Part shown: piece by piece, positions 58,840 to 64,000 of the stretch | Position numbering within the stretch: the first letter of the stretch is position 1 | How the letters are laid out: each line of letters starts with the position of its first letter | Source of the DNA: Dehalococcoidia bacterium | Lineage (GTDB): Bacteria; Chloroflexota; Dehalococcoidia; Bin125 | Direction: 5' to 3' | Assembly: GCA_965215375.1 (NCBI GenBank) | Contig: CBDCDO010000002.1 | Location: 975,685-1,039,684, forward strand | Length of the DNA: 64,000 nucleotides | The notes under the pieces: model-generated | What the model saw: the letters and a program-made list of their open reading frames with translations, nothing else | Told to the model about the DNA's origin: nothing | The model's database searches: none | Made by a program: the position numbers and the translations under genes

Positions 58840-59313
58840 TCTGAAGATGACGTTTTTCGATTCCTGATGACCGTTGCGACTCTTGTCTATGCCGGTGGAG
58901 TTGCAGCTCTGACTTTGGCCCTGACTCGTGCTTGGCAGACTGAGGATGCGGTTGAGCGTGATGTCCTCTTTCGCTCGGCCGACCGTGCCCATACGCGACT
59001 CTTGCTTCCGGGCATCATTGCTGCTGGCGTGGTCGGGGCGATCTGGGGCATCCGTGCCGAGAGTGTCGACCCGATAGAGACCGGCTGGCTCCTCGCGGTT
59101 GAGATCCTCTACTTGATCTCGCTTTTCGTGCTCGTGCCGGGCATGTTCGCAGGCGTCCGACGGGTGCGACTGCTCTCGCTCCAAGCGCGCAAGACCGGCA
59201 ACATCTCGGACGAGCTCACCGATGCCCTCAACGACCGCGGACCGCTGGTCTTTGCCGTTCTCATGTCGATCCTTCTGCCCGTCCAGGTCGCGCTCGTTAC
59301 CCTGCAGCCGTAG
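58840..59313 (+). CDS. Hypothetical integral membrane protein (4 TM)
   Basis: 157 aa from MSEDDVF; four hydrophobic helices. Confidence 0.5.
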   Translation, partial: SEDDVFRFLMTVATLVYAGGVAALTLALTRAWQTEDAVERDVLFRSADRAHTRLLLPGIIAAGVVGAIWGIRAESVDPIETGWLLAVEILYLISLFVLVPGMFAGVRRVRLLSLQARKTGNISDELTDALNDRGPLVFAVLMSILLPVQVALVTLQP

Positions 59314-59333
59314 CTGCGAGAGGACACGCCTAC

Positions 59334-60023
59334 ATGAACATCTTCCTCGACACCGCCCGGCTCGATGAAATCCAACAGGCCGTCGACTGGGGCGTCTGCG
59401 ACGGCATTACCACCAATCCCTCGCTGCATGCTCGCGCCGTGGCCCACGAGGGCGACCGCGCCATCCCCTACCGCGAGCGCATTCTCCGCATCGCCGAGAT
59501 CGTCGACGGACCGATCTCGGCAGAATGCGTCAGCCGCACCACCGCCGAGTTGATCGCGGAAGCGCGAGAGCTCGCGAGCTGGCATCCGAACGTGGTCGTC
59601 AAGATTCCTATCGATGGACCCGGGCTCGCCGCGATCAAGGCGCTGTCCGCAGAGGGCATCCGGATCAACACCACCCTGATCTTCTCGCTCAATCAGGCGC
59701 TCCTCGCGGCGCGCGCCGGAGCTGCCTTCGTGTCGCCGTTTGTCGGTCGCCTCGACGACATCGGTGAGGACGGCATCCAGCTCGTCGCCGACACGGTCAA
59801 CCTGCTCGACCGGTTCAACCTGCCCGCGCAGGTGATCGCTGCCTCGCTTCGGAACACCGACCACACGGCCGCTGCCGCACGCGTCGGCGCTCACATCGCC
59901 ACGATTCCGTTCCCTGTTCTCGAGCAGATGCAGCAGCACCCGCTCACCGACAGAGGCATTCAGGCATTCCTCGATGATTGGCATCAGGCAGAGGCGCAAC
60001 TCCAAACCCTGCCGGTTTCGTAG
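59334..60023 (+). CDS. tal: Short transaldolase / fructose-6-phosphate aldolase family protein
   Basis: 229 aa; MNIFLDTARLDEI..GVCDGITTNPSL..VVVKIP..TLIFS. Confidence 0.85.
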   Translation: MNIFLDTARLDEIQQAVDWGVCDGITTNPSLHARAVAHEGDRAIPYRERILRIAEIVDGPISAECVSRTTAELIAEARELASWHPNVVVKIPIDGPGLAAIKALSAEGIRINTTLIFSLNQALLAARAGAAFVSPFVGRLDDIGEDGIQLVADTVNLLDRFNLPAQVIAASLRNTDHTAAAARVGAHIATIPFPVLEQMQQHPLTDRGIQAFLDDWHQAEAQLQTLPVS

Positions 60024-60063
60024 TCGGGACGGCATCGTCGTGTGGCGATTGCAGCTCCTAGCT

Positions 60064-60413
60064 GCCAACTGCTTCGTCAGAATTCCGTCATTGCCGCGCT
60101 TGTCTCAGCCTGCCCCGCACTTGATGCGGGGCAATCTCGCCGAGTTGTGCACAGACACTGGCGCCAAATGCAGCGAGATACCCGCGGCGGAGCGGAGACC
60201 TTTGAATTACCCCTTAACCGCCCCCGCCTCCGCCTCCGAGCGGGGGCCTGCTCCTTCCCTGGCTTCTTACCGGCGACCATGTTTGTCGCCGGTATCTGGT
60301 CAACCGGGACCTATCCGAGCAGCCTGGGCTTTGCCAAAGCGGGTCCCCGCTCGGGGGCGGGGACGGGAAACTGAGTTTTTCAAAAGTCTCCGGCGGAGCG
60401 CGGGTATGACGGA
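60064..60413. repeat. Composite repeat: family-A variant ends with nested family-B hairpins
   Basis: CTTCGTCAGAATTCCGTCATTGCCGCGC...GCGAGATACCCGCGGCGGAGCGG ... GGGTCCCCGCTCGGGGGCGGGGACGGGAAA ... CGGCGGAGCGCGGGTATGACGG. Confidence 0.6.
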
Positions 60414-60673
60414 TATCTCCTGGACTGAGCGACCCCCTGTGAACACGCCCTGGTTCCGCGGCACTTGCCACTAGATGATCAACACCGATAAAATGCGAAT
60501 GTTCCAACCGGGAACTCTCTCACACTCCGCGCCTGTCGATTGTTTGGCGCCGTCGAGTGTGCCAGCCCGGATTTCCGCAGACTGAATTCGCATTGTCCCG
60601 TCCACGATCACGATCAACACGCACCGATCACCCACGTAGCGTTCACAACACGCCCTGATACCAGAGGTAGCCG

Positions 60674-61951
60674 ATGACGAGCCTGAATATCCCCGAACTC
60701 GAGACCCTGACCCGCGAGGAGCTGCTCGCCATCGCGCGAGAGATGGAACTGACCGGACTCTCCGCCCTCAAGAAACAAGACATCATCCTCCGCCTCTTGC
60801 AGGCGCAGTCCGAGGCCGAAGGCCACATCCTCTCTGGTGGCGTGCTCGAGGTCGTGGACGACTCGTACGGGTTCCTCCGCGGCGAATCGCTGCTGCCCGC
60901 ACCGACCGATGTCTACGTCTCGCAAGGGCACATCCGCCGTTCCGGTCTGCGCACCGGTGACTACGTGATCGGCTCTGTGCGCCCGCCTCGACAGGGCGAG
61001 AAGTACTACGGACTCTCCCGCGTCGACCTCGTCAACGGCGCCAACGCCTCCGAGGCCGCTGCTCGGCCTCACTTCGAGAACCTCACCGCCGTCTTCCCGC
61101 ACCAACGCTTCGAGCTGGAAACCAACGACCCGGCCGAGCTCTCCGGTCGCGTCATCGACCTGGTCGCGCCGATGGGTCGCGGACAACGCGGCCTGATCGT
61201 CAGCCCGCCCAAAGCGGGCAAGACGATGCTGCTGCAGTCGATCGCCAACGGCATCGCCATCAATCATCCCGAGGTCCATCTGATGGTCGTCCTGATCGGG
61301 GAACGTCCCGAAGAGGTCACCGAGATGAAGCGCTCGGTGCGCGGCGAAGTGATCGCCTCCACCTTCGACGAGCCGGTTGAAGAACACACGCGCGTCGCCG
61401 AACTCGGACTCGAACGGGCCAAGCGACTGATGGAAATGGGTCGAGACGTCGTAATCCTGCTCGACTCGATCACTCGTCTGACCCGTGCCTACAACCTCGA
61501 AATGCCCTCGACCGGACGGACGCTCTCGGGCGGCATCGACCCAGTCGCGCTCTATCCGCCCAAACGCTTCTTCGGATCTGCTCGCAAGGCGGAAGAGGGC
61601 GGCTCGCTGACGATCATTGCCACCTGTCTCGTCGACACCGGCTCACGGCTCGACGACGTCGTCTTCGAGGAGTTCAAAGGCACTGGCAACTGGGAAGTCC
61701 GGCTCGACCGCAAGCTGGCCGAACGCCGCATCTACCCCTCCATCGACATCGCCGCCTCCTCAACCCGGCGAGAAGAGCTCCTGCTCTCCGGCGAAGAGCT
61801 GCAGCGAGTCTGGCTGCTGCGCCGCATGATGTCCGTCCTCGCCGGCTCCGGGGGGGGCACCACCGAACCAACCGAGCGCCTCCTCGACCGTCTGGCGCGG
61901 ACCAAGTCCAACACCGAGTTCCTCGAGAACCTCACCGCCGCCGAGGCGTAA
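60674..61951 (+). CDS. rho: Transcription termination factor Rho
   Basis: 425 aa; N-terminal RNA-binding domain, Walker [17 protein letters not shown]- and R-loops. Confidence 0.95.
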   Translation: MTSLNIPELETLTREELLAIAREMELTGLSALKKQDIILRLLQAQSEAEGHILSGGVLEVVDDSYGFLRGESLLPAPTDVYVSQGHIRRSGLRTGDYVIGSVRPPRQGEKYYGLSRVDLVNGANASEAAARPHFENLTAVFPHQRFELETNDPAELSGRVIDLVAPMGRGQRGLIVSPPKAGKTMLLQSIANGIAINHPEVHLMVVLIGERPEEVTEMKRSVRGEVIASTFDEPVEEHTRVAELGLERAKRLMEMGRDVVILLDSITRLTRAYNLEMPSTGRTLSGGIDPVALYPPKRFFGSARKAEEGGSLTIIATCLVDTGSRLDDVVFEEFKGTGNWEVRLDRKLAERRIYPSIDIAASSTRREELLLSGEELQRVWLLRRMMSVLAGSGGGTTEPTERLLDRLARTKSNTEFLENLTAAEA

Positions 61952-62012
61952 CTCGCAAGCCACGCGCCGTCAATTCCACGCTCGGTTGGCAGCCGTTGAG
62001 TCATCCACCGAC

Positions 62013-62113
62013 CCCGTCATTCCCGCGCTTGCCGCGGGAATCTCGATCCGCGCGTCAAGGGCGCTCTGGTGCGGGACTCAGCGAGATACCCACGGCGGAG
62101 CGCGGGTATGACG
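62013..62113. repeat. Family-A palindromic dispersed repeat
   Basis: CCCCGTCATTCCCGCGCTTGCCGCGGGAATCTCGATCC...GCGAGATACCCACGGCGGAGCGCGGGTATGACG. Confidence 0.6.
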
Positions 62114-62143
62114 AGTGGTTCGGTGGCCTCCGGCAAGTGCGGG

Positions 62144-62947
62144 TTAGTCTCTGGCAGCCTCGAGCGTGAGGGCGACGGCGATGATTGCGGCCGTTTCCGC
62201 TCGCAAGGGTCGATTGCCCAGGGAGACCGGACGCCAGGCATGGCTTCGGGCGAGGCTCGCCTCCTCCGGTGTGAAACCGCCTTCGGGACCGATGAGGAGA
62301 TGCACCCGCTCGGGCGCAGGCAGCGCTGCGTCTCGGAGTTGATCGAAAATCGCGGCGATGCGCTGGTCGGGCTCGAGCGCTGAAGCCTGCAGCCTCAGGA
62401 CGTTCGGGGTTGGCTGTTCTCGGATCAGGTCGGCGACCTCGACAGGCGGGTGAATCGTTGGTCGAAACTCCCGACGGCACTGCTCCGACGCCTCGGTCGC
62501 CAGCCGACGCCAGCGATGAAGGCGCTGTGAGGCGTCGCCGCGAATGAGCGCTCGCTGCGACCAGACCGGCCGAACCTCGTCGACGCCGAGCTCGGTCGCC
62601 TTCTCGATGATGAAGTCATACCGCTGCGGTCTGATGAGCGATGCGGACAGCACGATTCTCGGCGGTGGAAGCGGCTGTAGCGTGCGTTGCATTGCGATCC
62701 GACAGATCACATCGTCTCGTGTGACACGTTCGACGACAGCGCTGTAGAGCTGCTCGTTGATGGGATGAATGAGCTCCAGCCGATCATCGCGACGCACACG
62801 CATGACGCGCTTGAGTCTGTTGGCTTTGCCGCCGGTGATTGTGATCGAGTCGTCCTCCACACGGGCCGACTCGTCGAGGAAATACCGCGGCACCAGTCCC
62901 GATACGCCGACGGACTCAGCATTGGGGTCGTCGTCGTGTCGGGTCAT
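62144..62947 (-). CDS. rsmE: 16S rRNA (uracil1498-N3)-methyltransferase RsmE (start uncertain)
   Basis: C-terminal LLIGPEGGFTPEE motif; the 431-aa ORF-track ORF (62144..63439) extends upstream into non-homologous sequence; plausible starts at MTRHDD (62947) or GTG near LVPRYF. Confidence 0.75.
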   Translation of the reverse strand: MTRHDDDPNAESVGVSGLVPRYFLDESARVEDDSITITGGKANRLKRVMRVRRDDRLELIHPINEQLYSAVVERVTRDDVICRIAMQRTLQPLPPPRIVLSASLIRPQRYDFIIEKATELGVDEVRPVWSQRALIRGDASQRLHRWRRLATEASEQCRREFRPTIHPPVEVADLIREQPTPNVLRLQASALEPDQRIAAIFDQLRDAALPAPERVHLLIGPEGGFTPEEASLARSHAWRPVSLGNRPLRAETAAIIAVALTLEAARD

Positions 62948-63095
62948 GGTGACGAGCGTTTCTCCGAACAATGGAGTCTCAAGATCGTGGCTGAACGGTA
63001 GACTCGCGGGAGCAGACCGCGACGCGATCTGTTGGAACAGAAACTGTACTACGTCCGCGCGGACAACTTCGGCGCAGATATGGATGGGATGACTC

Positions 63096-63875
63096 ATGGA
63101 TCTCGGTCTTGATGGCAAGGTGGCGATCGTCACCGGTGGATCGGAAGGCATCGGGCGGGCGACGGCAATTCTCTTGGCCGCCGAAGGCGCCAAAGTGGTG
63201 ATCGGCGCGAGACGCCAAGGTCCGCTCGATGAGGCACAGGCAGCCGTCGAGGCCGCTGGCGGCGAGTGTCTGGCGCTGTCAGTGGACGTCACCTCGGACG
63301 CCGATTGCGAGCGTCTCGTGTCGACCACGGTCGAACGCTTTGGTGGCGTTGACATTTTAATCAACAACGCTGGACAGTCGTCATCCGGCTTGATTGAGTC
63401 GCACGATATCGAGACCTGGGCAGTTGACGTCGATCTCAAGCTCTACGCCGCGATTCGCCTAACCAAGCTCTGCGTGCCGTCGATGCGTGAGCGCGGCGGC
63501 GGACGGATCGTCAATCTGCTCAACATCGGCTGCAAGACGCCCGGCGCCGGTTCGATGCCGACGGCGGCCTCGCGGGCGGCCGGTCTGGCGATGACCAAAG
63601 CGCTGAGCAAGGAAGTGGCCGCAGATCAGATTCTCGTCAACGCCGCCTGTATCGGTTCGGTCGACTCGGCCCAGTGGCACGGATTCCACCAGGCGCAGAT
63701 GCCCGACGCCACCTACGAGGAGTTCCTCGACAGCGTCGGCGAGCGCATCCCGGTCAAGCGGATCGGCACGTCGGAGGAGGCAGCGAACATGATCGTCTTC
63801 CTGTCCTCAGACGCGGCGAGCTTCATCTCGGGCTGCGCCATCAACATCGACGGCGGGGCGTCACCTGCTTGGTAA
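63096..63875 (+). CDS. SDR family oxidoreductase
   Basis: 259 aa; TGGSEGIGRA cofactor motif, NNAG, catalytic Y..K context. Confidence 0.85.
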   Translation: MDLGLDGKVAIVTGGSEGIGRATAILLAAEGAKVVIGARRQGPLDEAQAAVEAAGGECLALSVDVTSDADCERLVSTTVERFGGVDILINNAGQSSSGLIESHDIETWAVDVDLKLYAAIRLTKLCVPSMRERGGGRIVNLLNIGCKTPGAGSMPTAASRAAGLAMTKALSKEVAADQILVNAACIGSVDSAQWHGFHQAQMPDATYEEFLDSVGERIPVKRIGTSEEAANMIVFLSSDAASFISGCAINIDGGASPAW

Positions 63876-64000
63876 GCTGGCAAGCCAGATCGGCGCCAGA
63901 TCGGCGAAATGAAGACGCAAGGGATTGAAGCGTGACGACACAGACATATCGACAGGCATCCTGGTTGCTGCTGGAACAGGCAGAACGGGAGTTAGCAGCT

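Noticed and set aside
62144-63439. Full 431-aa minus-strand ORF as the rsmE CDS
   Set aside because: N-terminal 160 residues (Ser/Ala/Pro-rich) have no RsmE similarity and overlap the upstream region; a downstream start (about 62947) gives the expected length of roughly 265 aa.

Overview
This is a 64-kb, high-GC (about 65%) bacterial chromosomal segment that is densely coding on both strands. Taxonomic placement is uncertain; the gene content would fit a Chloroflexota/Thermomicrobia-like or other high-GC monoderm lineage. Housekeeping content: a partial respiratory complex I operon on the minus strand (nuoA-B-C-D-H-J-K-L-M, running off the window start, with no nuoE/F/G and no nuoI between nuoH and nuoJ); valS; secA; prs; groES-groEL preceded by a perfect CIRCE operator; tatA; murT-gatD; pyrG; a short transaldolase; rho; rsmE. 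Accessory content: GNAT-hicA-hicB immediately upstream of nuoA; a MoxR-DUF58-transglutaminase-like triad; xdhC plus a stand-alone XdhC N-domain; two M23 peptidases; an M50/CBS protease; an M16 peptidase; several family III CoA-transferases (one tandem-fused) with a crotonase and two CitE-like lyases; an IS5-family (IS427-group) insertion; two tandem paralogous PD40 beta-propeller lipoproteins; a NYN-domain gene in a lower-GC patch. Nearly every intergenic gap carries nested copies of two families of GC-rich palindromic repeats. The most notable observation is a tandem pair of AhpD/carboxymuconolactone-decarboxylase-like genes, each interrupted by an in-frame TGA exactly at the second Cys of the C-x-x-C-x-x-x-H active-site motif and followed by a hairpin. 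They are likely selenocysteine-containing proteins that ORF callers split into four ORFs. Other leads are a low-GC two-gene mini-cassette (43573..44113), a tmRNA-5'-like fragment beside the NYN gene, and the nuo operon lacking nuoI. All calls rest on reading the sequence and ORF translations by eye; no database searches were run.
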